Shown: in pieces, positions 23,101-30,970 of the stretch | Position numbering within the stretch: position 1 is the first letter of the stretch | Layout of the letters: each line of letters opens with the position of its first letter | NCBI GenBank assembly: GCA_965214095.1 | Contig: OZ243938.1 | Coordinates: forward strand, 4,576,001-4,640,000 | Source of the DNA: Candidatus Poribacteria bacterium | GTDB lineage: Bacteria; Poribacteria; WGA-4E; WGA-3G | Reading direction: 5' to 3' | DNA: 64,000 nucleotides | Notes under the pieces: model-generated | The model's input: only the letters and a program-made list of their open reading frames with translations | Told to the model about the DNA's origin: nothing | The model's database searches: none | Translations under genes and position numbers: made by a program

Positions 23101-24349
23101 AGTAAATATAATTCCAACTACCAATTGGGCAAATCGGGCAAATGCATATCGTTTAATCGCACAATATCTCAGTAAAAACGACACCACCGAAAACACAGAA
23201 AACTATATCATGACAAAATCTGGGTTCGTCCCTGAATCGCGGTGGATTACATTAGGACCCTTCAAAAGCATTGATTCAATTGGCACAGAATATGCCTATA
23301 TTCTTGAAGAAACGACCCAAATTGACCCAACAGCAGAATACTATGGAAGAGACGGACTTATCAGTTGGGAGAAGGCTGAATATCAACTATTAGATGGACA
23401 TTACAATTTTGTTCCCGAAAACGATGAGTGGAGTGCAGCGTATGTCTGGACTATTGTCTCCTCACCTAAGGAACAGGATATTGTTCTGCGTTTTGATAGT
23501 GATGACCAAGGCTTTATATGGTTGAACGGAGAAAAGGTCTATAGTCATTATAGGACAAGTGGTGTCATGATTGATCGTTATACAATTCCAGTTACATTGA
23601 GGAAGGGAGAGAATACTATCCTTATAAAGGTATGTAATTCAAGCATGGCTTGGGATTTTTATCTTCGTCTCACTGATGATGACGGTAATCCAATACAAGG
23701 TCTTACATATAAATCTACAGATGAACTACTCAACGCACAACCGCCAGAACAGACCAATCATGTTAATCAACACCTTGGATTAGCTGAATACTATCACAAA
23801 CAGAATATGCCAGAACAAGCATTAGAAGAAATGAGGCTAACAGGTATCATACATGAATACTCTTGGCACACACTCGGTCCATTTGATAATAAGGACAACA
23901 TTGGCTATAATACGGCTTACATTCAGGAAGACACCATGCAGATTGACTATGATGCAGAATATGAAGGACTAAATGGTCAAGTAAAATGGGTTCTGCATTC
24001 TGACGACGTGTTTGATGGATTTGTTGATTTCGGTAGGAATAATAATTCCTCTACTGCTTATGCTTGGGTGGTTGTTAACTCTCCTGATGAACGAGATGTC
24101 CAATTCCGATTTGGTTGTGATGACACAGGGAAAATTTGGCTCAATGGCAAAGAGATACTTACGAAACCAGAAATTGGATGGGCAGTCTTTGACAAACACC
24201 TAACGCAAACCAAGCTCAATCAAGGCAAAAACACGATACTCGTAAAGATTGGCAACGCTGAACTCAGTTGGGGATTCTTCCTCAGAATCACCGACACTGA
24301 TGGCAAACCATTTCCTGACTTAAATCTTATGGATTTGCCTGAAAAATAA
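14168..24349 (+). CDS. Giant secreted TPR protein with LamG domain and two C-terminal PA14/galactose-binding-like beta-sandwiches
   Basis: Signal peptide (..IFSFA-QQ); dozens of TPR units; LamG motifs ALSLDG, WTHL, GYIDEVRVWN, LIGYWKFD; twice W.TLGPF..DD.G.IWLNG..G.NTIL.K. Confidence 0.85.
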   Translation: MFKRINISYFTCVLCLIFALSLIPIFSFAQQSANDESIIARYKQILLGKPKEGSTFDRLYQFYLEGDGLEAMLNEYQTEAQNEPNNPNLQLILGHLYKRLGKDTQAITSYQRAVELSPDNYYSHFALGKLYKTLRKHEEAIKELREAADLSEKVQDVPPDELTSIYQALGYSFFHRDRVDEAIQTWQKIAELDPMDIFARIELAELFREQELYQQAIAQHEDIIKLKKDDPYRVCLSHREIGNILEIKGDIQDAVKRYDTALEITAQGNWLRKDIQHRIIGIFASDSNWDGLINYYKEKLDDNPNDPELLSLIAAAYIENQQLDEGIKTYHKGLELAPTDTNLRLNLIASLRYAEKFDEAATEYETLNKQDPDNIGIYRELGELYHQLGDREKAEQVYQRLIDQSPDNPSTYLTLAEIYTGHEWIEEATSHYEKALSLVPNNLDYIEYFGDFYLRQGNREKALETWNRMVTEDKANAVNYDRLAKLLKTKHFKKESIAAIRKAAELMPEEYSYRETLAKYLTENEEYDKALVEYHVAMQLAPNQFFADKMNDRAIELYRRQGTLTEKIKEIETELENTALSETERFAHQKQLVKMYLKMGNISYAMEVLLQTKEMMPDDITINRWLANVYYRQGRRDAANYIYTNLIEIDSANAREYYTKIAKSHLNIFDFDSATDTAKQVIANSPRNPDGHQLLAQIAVQSENYDSAIDSLKNAIRLRPEEIKTRIELAKVYLLAEKPQHALAQYWRCWNLSDSVNDKLDLIKPLSEIYDDLGRPEELRTKLKKLARSNTTWVAAVLALSELQRMKGNIEGARFQLAQALNRQRDNPALLYHLVNITLEMDEIQEALTYQQQLVKVQPNSDNQQQLGKILFDLGREQEAIQVWTKLLHAKNQTLEAEVKLASLLLRNGLQEQAFIVLERAAEKISGTDAHLPLYQVGAMLVAIYEKERAIPYFHAILNMSENTDSLTQIAADQSATNTNIINHNYFTVSRSTISDIQSKPTTGTGRVRWRPKTLDDAKVGALVQLTTIAQQQAKVNDLVNKLQDAADANPTDVNAHVTLARLYNLLQYNDKTDEVVDKLIDITSNDTAYRYLRLQRVLNEELTPDKFKDRISELPSITSDDRLQFMAKYAESLFRKGDEDEANKLLSEIESEKSSNFDTVYAFVMAFIRAEKTDVAQKHLMRLAPPPPSQSLYNYEYLFKHLIKTYLDKGEPEKAIDTFWVFFEKTKPKSVNPRRISLLSQSSFTSGYSSLPTNFPPQSAYFNQDRLDFLEYNFREFWIHNQANGLYSKLQNVFDTTEGNNSLYPSLALSYCYWWDGKQQNAKDILVSLQNEFPDDLILKHNIAALYIQTGNVREAMNIVEKLTQVDASKQLQYYELMLELATQLGDMDKLRELIPKILNSSYSADVLYQFSNMLDDRGFTQQAITFALKAKSIVMKQRNTSLLTNLAYHLNSLGRAKDSQELYTRAMQFSNNSNRSGRAASSRNISQSANSYRTSQDRENNERKLVQDAQNKPDSFQAQIKLAVHYERLNQIDKATKAYESALALRPKDNNTRLQYVRMLEQNGKATDAISDYAILLKSNSSVLDYEHDIAIDAFVEAEKLDELISITNDIIMPVGQYAGSEFTVVVARRCLTENRTEDAIKLFEKIIKTHPSWTALHQELASIYVNAGHPETAIQFLTEKQKSDRSSLSDTGFIVKIAEIYLSSGNSEKAVNYLKDKINEQEQSKSTIPLVLKLADIYKNSVELHNLIDEYQAKLAENPTDTDLLYVITSMKLKTDDTEGVKDFVDQVTEKVNTSISTQWLYDLSDACRDKELPELQFRLLEAAVEKLENTNSWQLERGYQKLAEEHLKKGDIEKAQIATRKMGKLISMSDGWGRIYDKRKLATTYMQYQMWDDALTLYSEIINNLGASSYERSNSQEKYLDIKQRRGDLDVITDAEIKQLPISLQQDYADEFEYIGKIDKTIQIYNRIIKTTPEDFYTREQLADLYTRIGQHDKSQQIWTELLELDPGNTLYQDGLVQCLQSADKLNDAYELAQKYIQEEPEVGAHYLRLAGLYADENRIDDAIVNYEKVNELAPGNQSTYLNLANMYLRADNFVKAEDAFNNALQHTTSSYQRNDIEDQILNIYRYQGKLEEKFKDIEAKGMLTSDKQAQIARHLLNTGNTEKSVAAFKKAIDMTTDSYQKNRLSNELLEVYVENDQTELATQLYDKIALRADSRRSTSYGTTSITVSSNAKRARETLIRTYRNQNKLEKLKTIYEAKLKENPNKVDYLETLAEIHWDSEDYKKSAEVYQTLNKIQPYNLRNYFYAAAATKKSGHPVKAQEIIDKAETAFTSSPETDDIWILSHIASICLQNDMNDLALKYAQTALELNRSYGNSIVQETLWAMLGEIYKNKEQYEDAVNMYRQVVITTDYDYDRRNAESAILEITQQGKLYEKWIPKQLETVENRPDDINARLLLAENYELAKEFKNAVEQYEAIKELQPNNPKWYKKLAELCNNLPDERQETGEVIDGTALSLDGNGSYVEINDSEILNNMSDQLTVSVWYKCNEYPKDYSPIVTKTNTWDTEFKNRSYLLNLKNDGTIEFAASPNGESHVSLFPSNYIIQPNTWTHLTGVIDGKSNTIKLIVDGNEIARDGFKGVNQIFSSKLPLRIGWTQEIFSGHNYVNGYIDEVRVWNVARSTEDIRADMNKQLTGDEPGLIGYWKFDSQQDDKIFDSSPNKNHGTLIGDAKLEKYQRPIFESTRNDNLAKSKTYYERSLELEPASYQNYDRLAKFYLRTNDKANAETLYLQALEAPLSQSDYESAIQAISKLYAVEGQEQEHLAILEKFKHKMARSADFQDQLANLYRKIGEAEKAEDANEKWLKIRQGAANSRNYASSYRLFAEELLAKGIFPEIALMNAKLAVHDYTGTSYLYTTTLGKACIANGKVDEALRHFKQALGYITSNYSYNSFWNTVADTIEKVEDKEGYIQRLDELVNIIPTTNWANRANAYRLIAQYLSKNDTTENTENYIMTKSGFVPESRWITLGPFKSIDSIGTEYAYILEETTQIDPTAEYYGRDGLISWEKAEYQLLDGHYNFVPENDEWSAAYVWTIVSSPKEQDIVLRFDSDDQGFIWLNGEKVYSHYRTSGVMIDRYTIPVTLRKGENTILIKVCNSSMAWDFYLRLTDDDGNPIQGLTYKSTDELLNAQPPEQTNHVNQHLGLAEYYHKQNMPEQALEEMRLTGIIHEYSWHTLGPFDNKDNIGYNTAYIQEDTMQIDYDAEYEGLNGQVKWVLHSDDVFDGFVDFGRNNNSSTAYAWVVVNSPDERDVQFRFGCDDTGKIWLNGKEILTKPEIGWAVFDKHLTQTKLNQGKNTILVKIGNAELSWGFFLRITDTDGKPFPDLNLMDLPEK

Positions 24350-24379
24350 TACCGTTGGTCAGATTATTCTAAAAAGGTT

Positions 24380-24753
24380 GAGGGACTTCTTGTTGAAGTT
24401 CCACAAAGCGGTTATAATTCACTAAGTTCGGAAAAGTCCACTGCAAGTAGCACCGGACGTATTTTTCATAATAAGCTTTTAATGTTCGATAATCGCTTTG
24501 ATGAAAAGGATAAGGATCGTCATCACCTCACCAGGATGTAGAGTGCGCGGACGACCTCGCGTTTCAAGGGGGCGATCCGCTGGCAGTTGTTGAGATACTT
24601 TATATTTTTTATACACATTAAAAAAGTCGTTAATATTACAGAAAAGTGATATGATAAACATCAGAGAACTCCTTTTGTATTGGATAATGATTTCATTATA
24701 TCAAAAGGGTTCTCTAAATACCACAAACTCGGACTTTATTTCCGAACTTACGT
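24380..24753 (-). mobile_element. IS982-family remnant: left end plus frameshifted, truncated transposase 5' part
   Basis: LFCNINDFF..RGRPRTLHPGEVMTILILF, then shifted frame HQSDYRTLKAYYEKYV..FPNLVNYNRFVEL; terminal ACGTAAGTTCGGAAATAA at 24753. Confidence 0.75.
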
Positions 24754-24789
24754 TAAATAGTTACAATATTACCGAAATTGAGGCAAATA

Positions 24790-25914
24790 ATGGCACAGGC
24801 ATATACACCCGGACTGAAAGTCACTGAAGGGATGAAAATACAGAAAATACGTAGACTTCCGCTTGAAGGGGACGTGATTGTAGAATCTGGCATGAAGGTT
24901 AAGGCTGAAGATGTCGTTGCAAAGTCAGAATTACCTGGCAATGTTCAGTTGTTAAACCTTGCTAATCTCCTTAGTGTCCCTCCAGATGAGATTGAAGAAA
25001 ACTTACTCATACCTGTGGGTAATGGCGTATCCAAAGATGAGATCTTTGCATCAACAAAAGGACTATTCGGTCTTTTCAAATCGCAAGTGCGTTCACCAAT
25101 TGATGGCACTATTGAATCCATATCTGATGTCACGGGACAGGTAATCCTTCGTGAAGCACCAGTTCCTGTAGAAGTTAAAGCTTATGCTGATGGAATTGTA
25201 ATTGATACCGTACCAAATGAAGGTGTCATCGTTGAAACTTTTGGTACTTACATTCAAGGAATATTCGGCGTTGGTGGAGAAACAGTGGGTTCCTTAACAA
25301 TCGTGTCAGATAGTACAAGTGATAAACTTACTGCAGAACAGATTATACCCGAATACAAGGAACAAATACTTGTGGGTGGTTCACTTGTTTCAACCGATGC
25401 CATTCAGAAAGCAACAGAGATTGGCGTAAAAGGTATCATCGCAGGCGGCATTGATGATGCAGATTTACGTGAACTTCTCGGATATGAATTGGGTGTGGCA
25501 ATTACAGGTTCAGAACAACTTGGTATAACGCTGGTCATTACTGAAGGCTTTGGAAGCATATCTATGGCAGAACGCACTTTTAGTCTACTGAAGAAAAGAG
25601 AAGGTATGAAAACATCTATCAACGGTGCCACACAAATTCGTGCAGGTGTTGTCCGACCTGAAATACTCATACCTTTGGTATCTGAAGATGTAGACACAGA
25701 CAGTGAAGCACAGATGGGCATGTTGGAAATTGGCAGTCCAGTACGAGTTATTCGTGAACCACATTTTGGCAGATTGGGACACATATCTGAATTACCCGTT
25801 GAACTTCAGCAGTTGGAAACCGAAGCACATGTGCGCGTATTGCAGGTGGAATTTGATGGTGGTGAAAAGGTCACACTTCCCCGAGCAAACGTTGAAGCGA
25901 TAGAAGAAAGATAA
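24790..25914 (+). CDS. Conserved hypothetical protein with lipoyl/RnfC-N-like hairpins and C-terminal KOW-like motif
   Basis: GDVIVESGMKVKAEDVVA, RSPIDGTIESIS, IQGIFGVGGE, LVITEGFG, GSPVRVIREPHFGRLGHI. Confidence 0.65.
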   Translation: MAQAYTPGLKVTEGMKIQKIRRLPLEGDVIVESGMKVKAEDVVAKSELPGNVQLLNLANLLSVPPDEIEENLLIPVGNGVSKDEIFASTKGLFGLFKSQVRSPIDGTIESISDVTGQVILREAPVPVEVKAYADGIVIDTVPNEGVIVETFGTYIQGIFGVGGETVGSLTIVSDSTSDKLTAEQIIPEYKEQILVGGSLVSTDAIQKATEIGVKGIIAGGIDDADLRELLGYELGVAITGSEQLGITLVITEGFGSISMAERTFSLLKKREGMKTSINGATQIRAGVVRPEILIPLVSEDVDTDSEAQMGMLEIGSPVRVIREPHFGRLGHISELPVELQQLETEAHVRVLQVEFDGGEKVTLPRANVEAIEER

Positions 25915-25959
25915 AATCGTTAGGCTCATTATGCACTAACCATTATCAAAAAGAATATA

Positions 25960-26517
25960 TCACTCAGTCGTTTCCTCTATCGCCATATTTATTACCACAC
26001 CTTTTACACTGACAGGCTCATTAGAGACGTGTATGATTTGTCCACCTGAAACATAGTGCTGATGATAAACTCCTTTCGTATCCCACCAATATAGATATGG
26101 GATAGATGATCCGTACGTACCATCATCCTGCACAACTTCATCTGTTACCATTTTGTCATGATCAACAGAGAAACCGGGTCGTCTATATTCACCGCTTGCC
26201 CCAACCACGATAGATGTAGGTGAAAGACGTTTTCCACTACTCGTCACCTTTCCTCGCACTGTGGAGTAGATAATCGTCTGTCCACTGTATGCAGAGATCA
26301 CGTATAGATGTTTGATACTGCCGACTTCGTTATCCATGATCAACCTATCACGAATATTCTGCTGTTCCACCGTGATACCTTCAGCATTTACTGGGACTTC
26401 TACCTGAGTAGGTTTAACACCAGAACTCGCAACAGGTTCACGTCTTTTTGTATCACATCCACTCATAACACATAAACCACATATTATCAGTGATAGTAAG
26501 AATGTATTCCATTTCAT
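25960..26517 (-). CDS. Predicted lipoprotein
   Basis: Lipobox MSG-C; VRGKVTSSGKRL and DDGTYGSS motifs; 7 nt after the upstream lipoprotein gene. Confidence 0.7.
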   Translation of the reverse strand: MKWNTFLLSLIICGLCVMSGCDTKRREPVASSGVKPTQVEVPVNAEGITVEQQNIRDRLIMDNEVGSIKHLYVISAYSGQTIIYSTVRGKVTSSGKRLSPTSIVVGASGEYRRPGFSVDHDKMVTDEVVQDDGTYGSSIPYLYWWDTKGVYHQHYVSGGQIIHVSNEPVSVKGVVINMAIEETTE

Positions 26518-26524
26518 TTTAGAT

Positions 26525-26968
26525 TTATTCCTCCTGATAGGGTTTGAAATCACGTGGCAAAGGGGTTTCAGCACCTTTGGGTAACTCACCTACATTCGTG
26601 AATCGCCAGTTAATCTTTGACATTTGAGAGTTGTACTCTGCAGCAAGTGTATTGTAGCTTGCCTTAATGCCTGCCACTTCTGATTGCCAAAGGTTGTATT
26701 GCTCTCTATCTTCACGCGGCCATTTGTTCCGTGGCAAATCAACATAATCTTTCGACATTGTGGTAATACGTTTTTGGTATACTTTTATGTCCGCTTGTTT
26801 CTTATCAAGTTGACTTGATGCGTTTTTGAACCATTCATATTTTCGTAATAGTTCCTTGGGACCAAGTTCTTCTTGTGCTACTTGTTTTGATTCACGGAAC
26901 CAGTCGCATCCAGAAAGCAGGATGACTGTGAGAAGCACAACATAACTCAATTTAACAGATTTTTTCAT
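26525..26968 (-). CDS. Predicted helical/coiled-coil lipoprotein
   Basis: Lipobox LSG-C; KYEWFK..AAEYNSQM helical body; GGAG RBS. Confidence 0.7.
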   Translation of the reverse strand: MKKSVKLSYVVLLTVILLSGCDWFRESKQVAQEELGPKELLRKYEWFKNASSQLDKKQADIKVYQKRITTMSKDYVDLPRNKWPREDREQYNLWQSEVAGIKASYNTLAAEYNSQMSKINWRFTNVGELPKGAETPLPRDFKPYQEE

Positions 26969-27062
26969 TTCTTCTCTCCAATAGTTTTATCATTATAGTG
27001 TTACCTAAGTAAGAGACATCACTCTCAAAAAAGATAGAAAAATTCTGCTCAACTTTTCATTT

Positions 27063-27350
27063 TCAATTTGCTAAGGAATCAGCATGTTCTGCGAATTGAA
27101 AGTCCAATTCTGTGATTCCATCAGCATCATGTGTACTCATGTCAATTGTCACACGATTATATACATTGAACCATTCTGGGTGGTGGTTCATAGATTCAGC
27201 AATTAGAGCGAGTTGTGTCATAAATCCGAATGCTGAAACGAAGTTGTCAAACTGAAACTGTTTGTGCAGTTTACCCTCTTCAACTGTCCATCCATCAAGG
27301 TTGTCCAAGTTTTTCTGAATTTCTACTTCTGAAAGTTTAGTGCGAGCCAT
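27063..27350 (-). CDS. phhB: Pterin-4-alpha-carbinolamine dehydratase
   Basis: AESMNHHPEWFNVYNRV, STHDADGITELD. Confidence 0.92.
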   Translation of the reverse strand: MARTKLSEVEIQKNLDNLDGWTVEEGKLHKQFQFDNFVSAFGFMTQLALIAESMNHHPEWFNVYNRVTIDMSTHDADGITELDFQFAEHADSLAN

Positions 27351-27469
27351 TTTATCCTCCGTTAGTAAAATAAATTTTGTGGAATATTACATCAAATTAC
27401 GTTAAAATTGTAGTTGAAACAGTAGATATAATCAAGAAAAAACATTACACTTCAACTAAGGAGACTTTA

Positions 27470-28696
27470 ATGGCACTTGCGACAACACTATATTTTCCAG
27501 AGGTTGGACCTCAATGGGAAGACTGGGTACAGGTTATCAATGTAGGTAATGAACAAGCACGCGTTACAGGCATAGCAAGGCACGCAGGGAACGGTCAACC
27601 CACTTGGACAGAGGAGCGTGAGATTGGTCCATTTGAATGTTGGACACCAAACGTCGAAGCGATAAAAGAGAATTCCTCTATGCAACTCACATCGGATCAA
27701 CCGATTGTAGCTGAACGGCACATGCACAACAAGACAAATGTACTTGATTTTGTAGGTGCTGCAGAAGAATACGAAACTGTGGGACTACGATTGTTTTTTC
27801 CTGAATTAGTTGCTGGAGCACTCGATTGGTTCAGATTTCTGAATGTAGGTGAAGCGGATGCATTGGTCAACATCATCATCCGTAATCGGCGTGGGGATAT
27901 TGTAAATCAGCGTCACCGCTCAATCAAACCGTATTGCTGTTGGGATTTAGCGGAAGGATTGATGGGAAATGTGAATGGCACAGTTGAGGTACAGAGTTCA
28001 CAACCAATCGTTGGAGAACGGCACCTACACTATCAGGGCGGCAAAACATGTGTTGGACAGTATGGTCAAGTCATCTCTGATGCACCACGAACCCTCTATT
28101 TTCCAGAAGTAGGACCTGCGTGGCAAGATTGGTCAATCATTGTGAATGTGGGTAGAGAGACAGGAAAGGTTACATTAATTGCACATGAAGATGGCACTGG
28201 CAATCCGGTTGCTACAATGGAACGAGACTTGAATCCATTTGAATGTTGGATGCCGAAGATGGAGGACATTAAAATCAAGTCGTCTATCATGATACGTTGT
28301 GATCAACCGATTGTTGCTGAACGCCACATGCATAGCGGCACTGCGGTCATTGACCTACCGGGTGCGTCAGAAGAAGGCGGACATGTTGGAATAAGGTTGT
28401 TTTTCCCTGAAATTGCAAGTGGTGCAAAAGACTGGTTTCGTTTTCTAAATGTTGGTGAAGCAGATGCGTTAGTCAATATCATTGTCCGGAACAAGAAAGG
28501 TGAAGTTAAACGTAGTCTCCATCGTAGGATAAAACCGAGATGTTGTGCGGATGTAGATGAAGGCGCGATGGGTAATGTGCGTGGTTCGGTTGAAGCACAA
28601 AGTTCACAACCAATAGTTGGGGAAAGACATCTCCATTATCAATCAGGTCATAAAGGAGCAGTCGTTGGTGAATACGGAGTTGTAATAGGTGAATAA
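27470..28696 (+). CDS. Four-repeat (ABAB) beta-sandwich protein of unknown function
   Basis: Four ~100-aa repeats L(Y/F)FPE..DW..NVG..QPIV(A/G)ERH(M/L)H; start after the AAGGAG RBS. Confidence 0.75.
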   Translation: MALATTLYFPEVGPQWEDWVQVINVGNEQARVTGIARHAGNGQPTWTEEREIGPFECWTPNVEAIKENSSMQLTSDQPIVAERHMHNKTNVLDFVGAAEEYETVGLRLFFPELVAGALDWFRFLNVGEADALVNIIIRNRRGDIVNQRHRSIKPYCCWDLAEGLMGNVNGTVEVQSSQPIVGERHLHYQGGKTCVGQYGQVISDAPRTLYFPEVGPAWQDWSIIVNVGRETGKVTLIAHEDGTGNPVATMERDLNPFECWMPKMEDIKIKSSIMIRCDQPIVAERHMHSGTAVIDLPGASEEGGHVGIRLFFPEIASGAKDWFRFLNVGEADALVNIIVRNKKGEVKRSLHRRIKPRCCADVDEGAMGNVRGSVEAQSSQPIVGERHLHYQSGHKGAVVGEYGVVIGE

Positions 28697-28699
28697 ACG

Positions 28700-29446
28700 A
28701 TGGATTTAACAGGTAAAAAAGCTATAGTTACGGGTGCAGGACAAGGAATCGGGAAAGCGATTGCACTTAGGCTTGCCAATGCTGGTGCGGATGTTGCTAT
28801 TCTGGATTTGAACCTATCTTCTGCTGAGGAAGTTGCAGAAGAGATAGAAGCACATGGTAGACAAGCAATTCCGATTCCAACAGATGTTTCTTATGCTGAT
28901 GATGTTAATGCTTCTGTAGACAAAGTGCTTACTGAATTTGGATGTGTAGATATTCTCGTGAACAATGCCGGCATTGCTGGGAGAACTTTGCCTTTGACAG
29001 ATTTGGAAGAATCGGATTGGAATTCTGTCATTGGTGTAAATCTCACAGGTGTATTTCTGTGCTGTAAAGCGGTTATAGGTCCAATGATTGAGCAGGATTA
29101 TGGTAGGATTGTGAACATTGCATCCATTGCTGGTAAGGAAGGCAATCCGACACTAATACCGTATTCAGTATCAAAAGCAGGTGTTATCTGCTTGACAAAG
29201 GCATTGGCTAAAGAGGTCACAGACTATAATATCCGTGTGAATGCAGTATCTCCTGCAGTTATTGAAACGCCAATTATGGATGGCATGGCACAGTCAACGA
29301 TTGACTATATGATCAACAAGATTCCGTTGGGTCGCATTGGAAAACCTGAAGAAGTTGCAGCAGTTGTCAACTTCTTGGCATCCGATGAAGTAAGTTTTGT
29401 GACTGGACAATGTTATGACGTAAGCGGTGGACGGGCTACTTATTAG
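28700..29446 (+). CDS. SDR family oxidoreductase (FabG-like)
   Basis: TGAGQGIG, NNAG, S..YSVSK, VNAVSP. Confidence 0.92.
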   Translation: MDLTGKKAIVTGAGQGIGKAIALRLANAGADVAILDLNLSSAEEVAEEIEAHGRQAIPIPTDVSYADDVNASVDKVLTEFGCVDILVNNAGIAGRTLPLTDLEESDWNSVIGVNLTGVFLCCKAVIGPMIEQDYGRIVNIASIAGKEGNPTLIPYSVSKAGVICLTKALAKEVTDYNIRVNAVSPAVIETPIMDGMAQSTIDYMINKIPLGRIGKPEEVAAVVNFLASDEVSFVTGQCYDVSGGRATY

Positions 29447-29470
29447 GTTTACTTATGCGATCAAAGTGAT

Positions 29471-29494
29471 AAGGCGGGTTCAAAACCCGCCTTT
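29471..29494. terminator. Hairpin between convergent genes, probable bidirectional terminator
   Basis: AAGGCGGGTT-caa-AACCCGCCTT. Confidence 0.65.
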
Positions 29495-29514
29495 ACAGAT
29501 TTAACAACAATTGA

Positions 29515-30933
29515 TTACTCAGCGATGCAATAGAGATATTGTGTTCCACGCAGGAATAACTCTGACCCGACGAAAACAGGTGATGCGTTAAAACTATCAT
29601 CCAATTTGTTTTCTGCTAATACTTCATACTCAGGTCCATCTTTAATGACTGTTACCGTGCCGTTTCGACTTGCAACATAGACACGTTCGGCTGCCCCAGC
29701 AATGGACGAATAAACCCCACCAATACCTGCTACCCTTTCAGGTCCGTAATGTATTGATCCAGTGTTTCTATCAATTGCTGAAAGAATACCATTGTTTCCC
29801 TTTAGGAAGTAGATAATATCTCCACTCAACATAGGTGATGGTACATACGGAGTATCACGGTTATATTCCCACACGACTGCATCTGTACCAGTAATATCCC
29901 CATCAGCGATATCAAGGTTTATCGCTTGCAAGGAGCTGCCACGAAATCCGCTAATGACATAGGCATGTCCATCAGTATATACAGGAGAAGGTATTACGTT
30001 GCGTGTCATACCACCACATTCCCATAACACATCACCATTTGCCAAGTTATAGCTCCGTGTACGGTTTGTTGCAGGTACGATAATCTGTGATGTTCCATTG
30101 TGTTCAACGACAATGGGTGATGTCCATGTTGTACGTTCATCTCGTTCCATTTTCCATATTTCGTCTCCAGTTCGCTTGTCAAGTGCGACAATAGAGGATT
30201 GACCTTCTTGATCTTGCAAAATCACAATTTTGTCTTCATGGATAATTGGACAACTCCCTTCACCAAAAGTACCAGCTTTACGCATATCACCAAGGTCTTT
30301 TTCCCAAATAAGATCTCCTGTCAAATCCAAGCAGTATAATCCACGCGAACCAAAATATGCATAGATGTGTTCACCATCGGTTACAGGTGAGTTTGAAGCA
30401 TAACTTGAGTCATTATGCATGCCTTCATGTGGTACTTCCTCTCTTAGCGTTTTTTCCCATAGAATACTGCCATCACTGCGGTTGTAAGTAATGAGTCTGA
30501 ACTGATATGGGTCAATATTTCGGTTGCCTCCACGGTCACGATTACCTTGTTCTTGCGGAAAAAAACCACTGAATGGATTTTCATCCACCGATTCAGCTTC
30601 ATTGGTGTTTTCAGTTTCTTCTTCCTCGGTTTTCTCAACCTTAATTGCTGTTTGAATAAATATTTTATCTTCCCAGATTATTGGTGTTGCATGTCCAAGA
30701 CCGGGGATAGGCACTTTCCAACGGATATTTTCTGATTCGCTCCAAGTGACTGGAGGATTGGCATTGACAGCAGTACCGTTTGCAAGTGGTCCACGCCAAT
30801 GATGCCAATTGTTATATATATTGGAATTCTGGTCTGTCTTAGCCGCATGTTGATCTGCTATTGTTTGTAAAGTCAGCAAGGCAAGTATTGCCAAGACAGA
30901 AACACTTATTGTCAAGAATGTTGTTTTTTTCAT
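29515..30933 (-). CDS. Secreted PQQ-binding-like (BamB-like) beta-propeller protein
   Basis: Signal peptide, WHHWRGP, repeated G...W docking motifs, LFLRG..LYCI C-terminus. Confidence 0.85.
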   Translation of the reverse strand: MKKTTFLTISVSVLAILALLTLQTIADQHAAKTDQNSNIYNNWHHWRGPLANGTAVNANPPVTWSESENIRWKVPIPGLGHATPIIWEDKIFIQTAIKVEKTEEEETENTNEAESVDENPFSGFFPQEQGNRDRGGNRNIDPYQFRLITYNRSDGSILWEKTLREEVPHEGMHNDSSYASNSPVTDGEHIYAYFGSRGLYCLDLTGDLIWEKDLGDMRKAGTFGEGSCPIIHEDKIVILQDQEGQSSIVALDKRTGDEIWKMERDERTTWTSPIVVEHNGTSQIIVPATNRTRSYNLANGDVLWECGGMTRNVIPSPVYTDGHAYVISGFRGSSLQAINLDIADGDITGTDAVVWEYNRDTPYVPSPMLSGDIIYFLKGNNGILSAIDRNTGSIHYGPERVAGIGGVYSSIAGAAERVYVASRNGTVTVIKDGPEYEVLAENKLDDSFNASPVFVGSELFLRGTQYLYCIAE

Positions 30934-30970
30934 GATATAAAGTCCTTTCATAGATAACAGTTAAATGTGT

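Noticed and set aside
25960-26968. Prophage or spanin pair
   Set aside because: No integrase, structural, holin or endolysin genes; both proteins look like lipoproteins, unlike an i-spanin/o-spanin pair
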